In this document: positions 57,401 to 60,053 of the stretch, in pieces | Layout of the letters: the number at the start of each line of letters is the position of its first letter | Position numbering within the stretch: the stretch's first letter is position 1 | Assembly: GCA_004431415.1 (NCBI GenBank) | Contig: QPMI01000010.1 | Location: 434,001 to 498,000, forward strand | From: Cyanophora paradoxa CCMP329 | Lineage: Eukaryota > Plantae > Glaucophyta | Length of the DNA: 64,000 nt | Direction of reading: 5' to 3' | The notes under the pieces: model-generated | Seen by the model: only the letters and a program-made list of their open reading frames with translations | Told to the model about the DNA's origin: nothing | Databases searched by the model: none | Translations under genes and position numbers: made by a program

Positions 57401-60053
57401 ATGGTTTAAGGGTTGGTGGAATTATTGGAGCGCCTTTATTAGTAAATGATCAACCCAATCCAGATGATGTGAATACAAGAATCAGGACATATGTCCCGGG
57501 AATGAATGAGCCTTACATTATCAAAATCAACACAATCATTATCAACCTCACCGTCGGCAACGCCGACTGCAAGAACTCGTGCGCGACAATTTTGCATTCC
57601 TGATTTAATGTGAATTTCACACATAGGGATACCCCTGATCCAAGCCTGTAGAAATCACTATAGATATACTGAGACGTTGCCTGCTGATATTTACGCATTA
57701 TGTAGAAGAACAGATGGAGCAAGACCCCGTATTACTGTCCAAGTAGTCCCAGTAGATAATTTCGGACTTGCTTTCCATTCACTGCCACTTCTTGACACAC
57801 AAGATGACCAATATATTATAAGAGCTACCCAGCAAGGGGCTTACACAGTGATTATGTATGCTGAAAGGAATGATGAAATTGCCAGAGGAAATAGATTTGG
57901 TCAATATCTAACCACAAATTTATACAATCCCATTGGAGGAAGTGATCCTTTGCCTTAAATCTCCAGCAATCGTATTGTTTTTTCTATTCTATTGGTAATC
58001 AAAATGCTTGCCAAAGGTTACCATGTGATGCTTGATTTCCAATTCAGCCAACCAATTAGAGACCATGTGGAGCTCTCTAAATGGCTCATGAATGTCAGTG
58101 AAGACATCATCAAGAAATATGGAATACAGGTTGTCCACAAACATGCTGAGATTTTTGATGGCACTAAATCACCCCCTGGATTCGCTCAGGTATTATTATT
58201 GGATGAAAGCCATTGCTCTGCTCATTGCTACAGTGATCAAGGCATGTTGGCAATAGATATATTCAGCTGTGGAAAACAGGCAGAAAGGAATACAAGTTTA
58301 ATTGCTTTTGAGCTGGAGGAGGAGATAAACAAATATGCTATTGGTTTTGGGGCAGTGATCAAAAAGAGATTACACCACGAGAAGAGGAGGTTTGAGGTTT
58401 AAGAGAGGGTGTTGAGGGTGTTGAGAGTGTTGAGGGTTATATGTAAAAATTCCCGTGACAGAGAATTTTCCTAAGAAAGTTTACAAACAACCCTCAACAC
58501 CCTCAACACCCTCAACACCCCCTGCTGGTGCCGAAAAGACATATTTAATACCCTAAGACCTAAAATAGATGCTTACTACCCTAGTGCTTAAAACGCGCAC
58601 ACATAGGGATACCCCTGATCCAAGCCTGTAGGCCGAAGGCCGGAGGGCTTGGATCAGGGGTATCCCTATGTGTGAAATTCACATTAAATCAGGAATGCAA
58701 AATTGTCGCGCACGAGTTCTTGCAGTCGGCGTTGCCGACGGTGATCATCGAGTCGTCGAACTTGTCCTTGTCGGAGCGGCCGTTGTTGAGCGTGTCAAGG
58801 AGGCTCTTGCGCTCCTTGTTCGGGTTGAACGAGTGCTTCCAATCTTTGCACTGCGCATGCCAAATTAAATTTGAAGACTTCAGCCTCTCACGGTTCGGCG
58901 GTCTCATTTTAGTTTATTTAAAAACGAGCATGAGTGTTCTAAATTAAATTTGATTCGACCGTAATAGTGATCATCATCATCATCGGATGTAATAAAATAT
59001 TCTATCAAGACGCATACCTTGCTCTCGGTGTCGAAGCTCGTGGAGACGGTGGTGGACTGCTCGGTCACGTTCGACTGCACGGCCACCGAAGACTGCGGGC
59101 CGCTGACGCCGGCCGACATCGCCGAGTCCGGCGTGGCGGCAGCGGCGGTCGCGTTCGAGTTCGAGTTCGACGCCGGAGCGGCCGCGGGGGTCGGCGTCGG
59201 CGCCGCGGCGGCCGCGGCCGCGGGGCTCGGCGTGGCGCCTGCTGACGTCGACGATGTCGAATTCGAAGTCGAGGGCGGCGCCGAGCTCGAGGGAGAGGGC
59301 GTCGGCGAAGGCGTCGAGGCACTGGCTGCTGCGGCCTGCGGAGTCGGAGTCGCAGCCGCGGCTTCCGGGACAGCGCTCGGGCTCGGAGATGCGCTCGGGC
59401 TGGGGCTCGGCGAGGCGCTCGGGCTGGGGCTCGGAGATGCGCTGGGGCTTGGGCTGGGGGTGGGACTGGGCGAAGGCGTAGACGTCGGCCCGGCGGGCAG
59501 AATGAAATTGCTCGTATTCTTCCCCGTGTTAGCGCCGTTTGATGCAATAGTGGTGCCAGTTACATCCCGGTAGGCCGTCGACACGCAGCTGATGTTGAAT
59601 TCCTGCGTGTAAGGCCCAGATATGTTCTGCGCATGCGTCCCAAAATAACGTTAGAATAGCCAGTCCTGTATACGTACGTATACATCGTGTACGTAGGGAT
59701 CTTCTCACCACAGTTGTGGTCGTGCTTCCGATTTGGATACACGAACCCGTCTGAGCCACGACGACGAGGCCGGAGTCGTATGGCCCTGCAGGATCTTTGA
59801 CCCCCGTCGGGCTGGAAACGCTGCAGACAGTCTTCACGCTGCAGGCTTTGGATTCCGGGTTGGTGTTGTCAGCCCCCTGCCACGAGACCGTGAGAACGAT
59901 GGCGCTGTATGTCAGGGCCGTCGCCGTCTGGCTCACTGCGTACGCCAAGCGATGATGATCATGAGCTCGCGAATTCGGAGCTCGCATAATATATAAGCTT
60001 GAGGCCTTGAGAAAGAGTGTGCGGGCGGTGGCCAACGCACCTGTCGTGCCCAT
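30454..60053 (-). CDS. Host Ser/Pro/Thr/Ala-rich putative cell-surface (possibly GPI-anchored) protein; one intron (31312-58713) carries the viral element
   Basis: Exons at approx. 60053-60041, 59935-59710, 59620-59018, 58851-58714, 31311-31161, 31087-30893 and 30783-30454. The checked joins are in frame (...ADCKNS|RKAARRLLATTG..., GLLD|VEGALY). (SP)n stalk, RRLL motif, hydrophobic C-terminus GAMNILGPVAGLLASLLVARRA*. Confidence 0.75.
31376..31450. repeat. Left terminal inverted repeat, itself a hairpin (28-bp perfect stem, 19-nt asymmetric loop)
   Basis: ACACATAGGGATACCCCTGATCCAAGCC - CTCCGGCCTTCGGCCTACA - GGCTTGGATCAGGGGTATCCCTATGTGT. Confidence 0.97.
31581..31780. repeat. Left subterminal stem-loop (23-bp stem, 31581-31603/31637-31659) running into 9-10-bp tandem repeats (CCGTTCACC, CCTTTACAC, AATCTTAAC)
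   Basis: Read directly from the sequence. Confidence 0.85.
31871..33157 (-). CDS. Retroviral-type (rve, DDE) integrase of the Polinton/Maverick kind
   Basis: FAIDLVFF (D), IQSDAGSEF (D), SQGRIEAFNRTIK (E), YNNTIHSATGMKP; consistent with the 6-bp TSD. Confidence 0.95.
   Translation of the reverse strand: MSSKITRRQTEYDVSILPIPIPQEERGGRIQKKSDLKALVPADIPTAIAVPHLDPLARTFYDTKVGFKGLASLAKELPDVPRKTIRRFYDAQEINQINKPLPSAKKTAYIPIRQPLDTFAIDLVFFPSYSKQNQGYNTFLTAVENTTRLGFIIPMRGKTAESTLNAFKELEQQVPRPIVKIQSDAGSEFLNKVFKDHLETQMIEHQVSQVGDHNSQGRIEAFNRTIKKLINSYCIANNTVKFFDKLQDFAYNYNNTIHSATGMKPAETTEVHVPLILGKENEKFMKSIEYLKDYPAGSHVRTKIEKSPFAKQGNNWSREIFTIEGVEGFKFKLRDISGKLIDRLYAHYELQKVETVEFLEAPSINVIEEAKKEARTERLLAREGIERAPNVPDKPLLEDRAGKKKKQGRELERLRVAGTERLAGEQRQ
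33169..36264 (-). CDS. polB: Protein-primed family B DNA polymerase (~1031 aa, probable start MPRPSHY at 36264) with C2H2 finger and endonuclease-VII-like Zn insert
   Basis: Motif A YLDANNLYGYA, motif B KIMNNSLFGK, motif C FTDTDS, RPKCYS, KLAGV; N-terminal NKDNRCFEYSIL; FCKTCSNHFKTEEKLQSH; CYIC...RDHDHQTG...ACRKCN. Confidence 0.95.
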   Translation of the reverse strand: MPRPSHYQIKELQDKILGNLAFLLANHSISESEYESYISQTNKKLKGLQALNRELLGKIDALDETDRLGHIQVEQTTTTQVRGEDYTALINEHRALNNKYIDFTIRAQHQILTTQEFIDTYSEELHTRLQDAINSQMSIKTRFTFVCRFSKANNSRDFITKHIYSTYAIMTRSRILTKETAKLAKECQSQINVTDSYRLDSIQALRVIVLSFKPISGGAFIPLPEWLKNKRAIVNVNNKDNRCFEYSILSYIHKDEVNSHKRNETSQYRRWFKKELNFEGIEFPVKADADTIDLFENLNPAISVNIYDPSNSTEEINLLHNSSSRNRKHQVDLLLITDENGNSHYTTIFSMSRVLAKNDKQRLHFCKTCSNHFKTEEKLQSHIQSKRCVDWKTSAGETPKQPTFIEFGLKHLSKTVFLPVIAYCYFDYETDISGMFKIKSISLTALHNNRVVLTKTHSNIFELLSTLDSTAPELFKALFTNIPMSLTKEQKRTHYLAKTCYICEGTFSQDNYKVRDHDHQTGDFVGSACRKCNLHRRTSNLTKIPIVTNDLSLSGTQIFKAVALNPEKRVEVLAKSFDNYMSITWGCFKFIDIKNFIDYGVQNVEGLMEKFQLFRQKSHKTFGMDAAHYVSSPGLSWDSMLSITKPKIELLSNLDMYNMVEGMIRGGLSIMNHKYAKKERDSHIIYLDANNLYGYALSQKLPLSNFQWHPEPSNYDLSSAEGAILEVDIHYPQHLHQLHKELPLVIKRAEDGLQAACEDICNYVVSKPLLQFMVAQGLKVTKIHRVLTFTQAAFMKPYVESNAQNRKAAPSKPEKDFFKIMNNSLFGKTIEKVRGRSNVKIATNEKQFMKYARSPLLKAETRLSDSAVAFEMLQKNVKLDKPIAIGAVVLDLAKLRLFDYYYNTIKRKWPDCKLLFTDTDSLCLQINSKTIAKDLQDIDTHPTELGKFKDEFEGRTIIEYAGVRPKCYSIKTDDEEIKKLAGVCKETIQTDLSFQDYKDHVLHQKPKQIEMTVQKKLENETFNVKMSKIAF
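36361..36933 (+). CDS. HNH-AP2 homing endonuclease
   Basis: AHRLIM...VVDHVSRDKLDNRKCNLR...ENNRN (HNH) followed by SQYKGVSF...KWCAQI...LGYY...AAHAYNQAAIEHYGDFAALN (AP2). Confidence 0.93.
   Translation: METFDQDLVETKFDDVDSMKYFYVPLGGAKGRGQYMICDIEDAPTMMRYNWCLDGDGYAKTSVRRDEGKWLVLYAHRLIMTNELKEGLVVDHVSRDKLDNRKCNLRVCYPFENNRNRSKSSNTSSQYKGVSFKKREGKWCAQITINDKRLSLGYYKNEALAAHAYNQAAIEHYGDFAALNEIKPEAQNTE
36989..37180 (+). CDS. Small basic protein (63 aa), probable DNA binder; paralog of 41970-42200
   Basis: ATG in A-rich context; DPAFRE...SRYY...GRPR resembles DPAYRE...ASYY...GRPAK. Confidence 0.6.
   Translation: MAYHAASQIAYVTRRRAQDPAFRERMKLNSLRSRYYKGDPLPCVRYLFDERRCLVGRPRTVVY
37192..37199 (+). promoter_or_regulatory. 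AAAATTGA octamer (mimivirus-type early promoter motif) upstream of the primase-helicase
   Basis: Exact motif in the intergenic region, ~85 bp before ATG 37284. Confidence 0.55.
37284..39557 (+). CDS. Primase-helicase: PolA-like primase-polymerase (TVpol) fused to D5-like superfamily-3 helicase
   Basis: N-terminal YDIDIVNCHP / KRSILAVINGG / VLVFDGCMI (PolA motifs A/B/C-like); C-terminal Walker A GKQGVGKN, Walker B LITVNEA, motif C IIFTTNN, DRRF. Confidence 0.88.
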   Translation: MAPSFSSINPNGNTFILTERIHRGNLKWVVENFDNLQFRPETDKTQMRAIIQKLLSIVDHEGYHTCKYKQVKHNTGRYFVDGKTPSLQSICREIRHTISKDYYYDIDIVNCHPVLLVQYCEKHSIATPQLNKYVQSRDEILDDLCEVTQKSKADVKRSILAVINGGQGADLSSLLINHKYFSDLKEEMAKVHQFIGGIEKQRFYAIAKRKKESNVLGSTMNMVLCDLENQVLMAACEYFSALKLHVDVLVFDGCMIRKDPKVLSALEEVSDYVEGKTGYRVTFVEKPMTSGFDVPECQASLSNIDYKTAPIPTNCDYMEIKPYMDARLAHIMKPGFVLSWNDHTKKYDTTSFKSLAEDVYPHIQYTEFDLMSMKMEPHNFIKKWAKDETATRYDYLDFLPPPVKSASTTAKVFNAYAGMKGELMDVSEMDIPPDVTEEDVSPFLDHMMILSGEDASTFNYILKYFAHIIQRPGELNGISIIFKGKQGVGKNIILDWFQNEILGGDLAFSTANPLKDLFGNFAHQRKHKLLITVNEASGKDTFTNSDALKDMITAEKIVIEAKYVNSHEVRNFARIIFTTNNTLPIKVEAGDRRFVIVEVSDKKKGDMKYFKALGNWLKEPRNQHMVFLYLKNKVDVTDVNWYADRPMTNSYYLAQQASVPVTALFTKDLVDTQKITKDTPRTENRQQVWEWFQQFITINKFKNEFSSRKFYIEMAGLEYVRPTKYCGRECYVFKWDEMMAYFKSCGLLVEFLEEEED
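40003..40010 (+). promoter_or_regulatory. Second AAAATTGA octamer, upstream of small ORF 40065-40301
   Basis: Exact motif ~55 bp before an ATG in CACCATGG context. Confidence 0.5.
40065..40301 (+). CDS. Hypothetical viral protein (78 aa)
   Basis: ATG in good context, codon style like the upstream helicase, helical acidic/aromatic sequence MDSDSSYDDIPLEDMVELWEAV... Confidence 0.6.
   Translation: MDSDSSYDDIPLEDMVELWEAVRQQYYDEYRKSPQDINPQTCKELRRLMKAYENIICDNYGMEGYALLHKANFSWRKS
40649..40865. repeat. Tandem array A: 7 x 31 bp (GCCAGCCAGCCTACCGTAGACCAGTAGGCAC), each unit with a GCCTAC/GTAGGC stem
   Basis: Five perfect units, two diverged units, plus a partial unit at ~40616. Confidence 0.95.
41128..41230. 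repeat. Tandem array B: 3.3 x 31 bp (CTGAGATTGCTCCTTGTATGGCCGCGCAACG)
   Basis: Three perfect units and a partial unit. Confidence 0.95.
41427..41663 (+). CDS. Hypothetical helical protein (78 aa)
   Basis: ATG ORF with an internal helical repeat (SFELSYL / SIELYNL / SNDLLML); abuts the convergent ORF. Confidence 0.45.
   Translation: MTTPIHTRLVEVSFELSYLALTSPSSELSNSIHRLSIELYNLGHRIAPLSPHIKAALQKISNDLLMLGNEINTLPDGR
41669..41944 (-). CDS. Hypothetical viral protein (91 aa) with CSCC motif
   Basis: ATG ORF at the end of the minus-strand structural block, short AT-rich spacer upstream. Confidence 0.55.
   Translation of the reverse strand: MWQWLQQLLDMFHIHVTSNYKCSCCDTTIDVSIGSSSPSGSRSGSPYDVVLRTGSTEGQRVSLESIEEVTGEQFAQAVSSAWDEYQGNRLH
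41970..42200 (-). CDS. Small basic protein (76 aa) with GRP (AT-hook-like) motif
   Basis: Lys/Arg-rich; similar to 36989-37180. Confidence 0.65.
   Translation of the reverse strand: MDDTISLVEFTVDSPVSESYIKSALANQKRYREDPAYREVKKQQALASYYRRRAQKEVVRPMGRPAKYFLTTESSN
42229..42963 (-). CDS. Hypothetical protein (244 aa), coiled-coil, N-terminal PPKRK (NLS-like); possible virion core protein
   Basis: Long ATG ORF co-oriented directly downstream of the ATPase. Confidence 0.75.
   Translation of the reverse strand: MPPKRKIGIPAGAVGYSGGGNNGSINTDPLKFNGMNEVKPSQQQEDPLNAAYEESFDDKAPQTSTSDQLNISPEASKMKAVGEGARRIIGAADDKGLGLQDLSLTRKGEGLSKESDKVIQSMAGEVTYKTAPTQNIHRVPKAQWDEMTAKLKDLEAKSSALEQYVTEKRERSKLKEMLRKEVFKMGITGIPDKQFIAKKETQIDEQAVDEMKTKTQKGTIEPGATKAEVDKGVAPTVYKRRVWL
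42992..43774 (-). CDS. A32-like (FtsK/HerA) genome packaging ATPase
   Basis: PFRVLAIGKSATGKS (Walker A), LCVVLDDL (Walker B), RGRHSKISIICITQ, IRVNSDY. Confidence 0.95.
   Translation of the reverse strand: MGDLDEFNAGEMINPPFRVLAIGKSATGKSEAVKYWLKQLHDAKKIDVVLVVSGTSFNHFWDKVATLQLGKWDAPYIAKLLDERQEKIEKGEPVNQLCVVLDDLIDNEIVDLTRDKIIGSLYSRGRHSKISIICITQKLRKVSSTIRVNSDYAMFLSAANRKELEAIEEEYNIMRDKDVFYKMFEEYVHSYQFLIWSSADYSVKYFVDKADLVKDFPFPRFHRKPKKKEDELKPPEKEEGRKEVKSQVHSSKLMRYKRGL
43828..45198 (-). CDS. Double jelly-roll major capsid protein (456 aa)
   Basis: Size, beta-rich pattern, motifs GNRISFKLPR...LAFDLPA, LVQRLEITYG, IPVPW...LPLGAL, VEINGQRL, SGYVDL; lies between ATPase and penton. Confidence 0.85.
   Translation of the reverse strand: MDITSTLQRLSLKEALTTPEEAKAFFLDNSLMLGLESKSKPVLVVVNPSNTFENSVGNRISFKLPRYNFCGKLELAFDLPAITFGDADLVRNGYTRPVGALVQRLEITYGSYTYHIPSDFLAHFPLVYYSEDQLAKKKRSMGMLHGIPAHGTNRLGGSFFVEIPVPWLNHYLPLGALSGEMVVTVWFKDVGKGYVETSYGGRTLPKAGDTAIDGDKDDGLGVAPAESVLAHVGQNITTFNLGAPNVEIKITSPRLYMYAVNVSDELFATVIEKVKTTGMAIPALDIGFVDVSDMKAKGLAQPNRVNLSQISGLVYALLVSVRDNANVDKANGSHSVLKTYSNSKDITFTVEINGQRLYATEPIPLLKGAELIADVFKCSNMDKVADRYVLSGLPFCLDGEKAIRNVAQSGYVDLTNSSSSFLTLYMPTDKAIDVNVRALMHSFIIVDKDGLRRINL
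45253..46284 (-). CDS. Minor capsid protein (penton) 1
   Basis: IEVSS...SSFIARLPNIYENVRAVRLVSAEFYNS N-terminus; LFVRVKEL; LSTFSVDIVNAINEPIDFEG..VHLTFEI C-terminus. Confidence 0.82.
   Translation of the reverse strand: MNIDKRRMPVDYIEVSSFNTISGDGPTSSFIARLPNIYENVRAVRLVSAEFYNSIPMVSGETQPGDITIDNSFSIFWSEEFDGAGIDGIPTTRPAAGFEPWKQLIISRKKPIQSHQQLVNVINAKFDDREPEPSIRCKWDESLKRIIFHSEKPFYLAFSVAGNPNQKTIQKLLSAARLLGLDPGRYGNSPIQSQVYNALTDGIFTGERVNGIISSFEPEKTRDSVLFVRVKELGDLVQCGDGLLTGYFHKIVVPDKDYGEHVVYNSTESHPLYKYYNKKMGLSTFSVDIVNAINEPIDFEGQPVHLTFEIRYGEEPAGDPVYEYFKMRMSQSHPTYPIIASFG
46293..47228 (+). CDS. Minor capsid protein (penton) 2
   Basis: VNVDSRDR...SYRVAL...VIYAEIPNS N-terminus; YLYLHVKEL; LTVEFKDYFGDIIDMNGIDNSFQLEF C-terminus. 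Confidence 0.85.
   Translation: MNRLVNVDSRDRSQGETENSYRVALTTPVERPRECRVIYAEIPNSIYNSVGTDHLIVEFTYQDSSVTETVTYNISPLPTGYINQGHFGVTQPYNYGLNYVFYEETIAGKTVAFEFKLFYNPTTYKVEFYSNRFFRIRASNKRIGKLLGLSSTEFQSSFMDDNSPSQSPYRPENFLKYDGKPITLNHPLWGTTFSGSRLSSTPLRYVYYSNKMADMNAEQYLYLHVKELAPFASRHNIVPKSQPQNQGAILRLQLSKDIGGYVYYNGEHGEFIRINDRHLVVRELTVEFKDYFGDIIDMNGIDNSFQLEFIE
47218..48773 (-). CDS. Patatin-like phospholipase fused to F5/8 type C (discoidin) domain, split by a 1-nt frameshift near 48056-48058 (~518 aa if repaired)
   Basis: LSGGGARG, GTSTG, ARATSAAPTYF, IDGA. The patatin C-terminal part (WGILSW...PLINMLM, YYRL, LDDTS) continues in the second frame, then AFTASS...EYLQVAF...STNGINW...KYVRIYP...MRVDFTG. Confidence 0.85.
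48817..56141 (+). CDS. Giant fibre/adhesin-like protein (ORFs 48817-52395 + 52392-56141; ~2441 aa if one gene) with four LamG/ConA-like modules, HxH repeats, 13/26-aa shaft repeats and a phage-fibre-type C-terminal domain
   Basis: Four YLP(L/K/I)(T/S)GGTIT motifs, each preceding a module that ends like E...(F/Y)(N/T)RAL...E....R.YL..KYG. The second module straddles the ORF junction. C-terminus F..KPPV...IHWTAYG. Confidence 0.75.
53118..53740 (+). repeat. Coding tandem repeats: ~6 x 39 bp (PLTSSNVVQEWIA) then ~5 x 78 bp (PKADTETVNSQIALLTSSNTVQGWLI)
   Basis: Visible at both DNA and protein level. Confidence 0.9.
56181..57026 (+). CDS. Putative fibre-associated structural protein (281 aa), paralog A
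   Basis: Intact ORF; shares GLESTE, RVKELRADKNSGVVKTTQLLVTNANF and GYRNDE with the next gene. Confidence 0.75.
   Translation: MGEYNRVQLPVYALGSPAIHFRQHEVSDEIRGLESTERANSGNAFDKNSMIRVKELRADKNSGVVKTTQLLVTNANFQSANGQPDAYGVDIKAFEFDNTRAAAVIRSGGAIIGGGCRVSGMLGSSAAFNDFPDTLPEHADNPQRIRMFLPCGDSPYAFGIIRANVNTQNATQPQGIAGPWKLANQLLPKAIYSMCRSQNGGLEGYTFFVQAVGHGGRGWITRNPATQPNSFDFWASEVGGYDILIFGYRNDEAAWAVANCINPDSQVSNFYNEPFPNDPIP
57046..57958 (+). pseudogene. Paralog B, interrupted by a ~104-bp insertion at 57548-57651
   Basis: The 5' ORF matches the N-half of paralog A. After the insertion, LPADIYALCR...TVQVV...YAERNDE...DPLP matches the C-half of paralog A in a shifted frame. Confidence 0.85.
57548..57651 (-). repeat. 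Inverted copy of the right virus-host junction (71 bp host flank 58674-58744 + 28-bp terminal arm + TGTAG)
   Basis: 57548-57646 is the exact reverse complement of 58646-58744. Confidence 0.95.
58004..58402 (+). CDS. speD: S-adenosylmethionine decarboxylase proenzyme family (short prokaryotic-type, pyruvoyl-dependent), 132 aa
   Basis: GYHVMLDF, F...PPGFAQVLLLDESHCSAHCY (E|SH self-cleavage site), AIDIFSCG. Confidence 0.88.
   Translation: MLAKGYHVMLDFQFSQPIRDHVELSKWLMNVSEDIIKKYGIQVVHKHAEIFDGTKSPPGFAQVLLLDESHCSAHCYSDQGMLAIDIFSCGKQAERNTSLIAFELEEEINKYAIGFGAVIKKRLHHEKRRFEV
58407..58520. repeat. Right subterminal stem-loop (41-bp stem built from GAGGGTGTT 9-mers, 3 mismatches)
   Basis: 58407-58447 is complementary to 58480-58520; the loop matches the left subterminal loop. 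Confidence 0.85.
58599..58673. repeat. Right terminal inverted repeat/hairpin
   Basis: Exact reverse complement of 31376-31450. Imperfect TIR similarity continues inward (31451-~31525 vs ~58524-58598), then patchily to ~31660/58407. Confidence 0.97.

Larger units (their letters stand above)
31376..58673. mobile_element. Complete endogenous Polinton-like virus (27,298 bp) with integrase, pPolB, DJR capsid and packaging ATPase
   Basis: Sharp GC drop; intronless, tightly packed ORFs; perfect 75-bp TIRs; 6-bp TSD GAAATT at 31370-31375 and 58674-58679; hallmark gene set. Confidence 0.96.

Noticed and set aside
31376-58673. Classical Maverick/Polinton or bona fide virophage; alternatively contamination or misassembly
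   Set aside because: No adenoviral-type cysteine protease is recognisable, and the MCP is shorter than typical virophage MCPs. The TSD and the in-frame host exons on both sides argue for true integration.
58668-58947. ORFs MCEIHIKSG.../MKFTLNQEC... that appear twice (also 57439-57722) as a duplicated gene
   Set aside because: They are by-products of the inverted junction copy. The real coding sequence is the minus-strand host exon.
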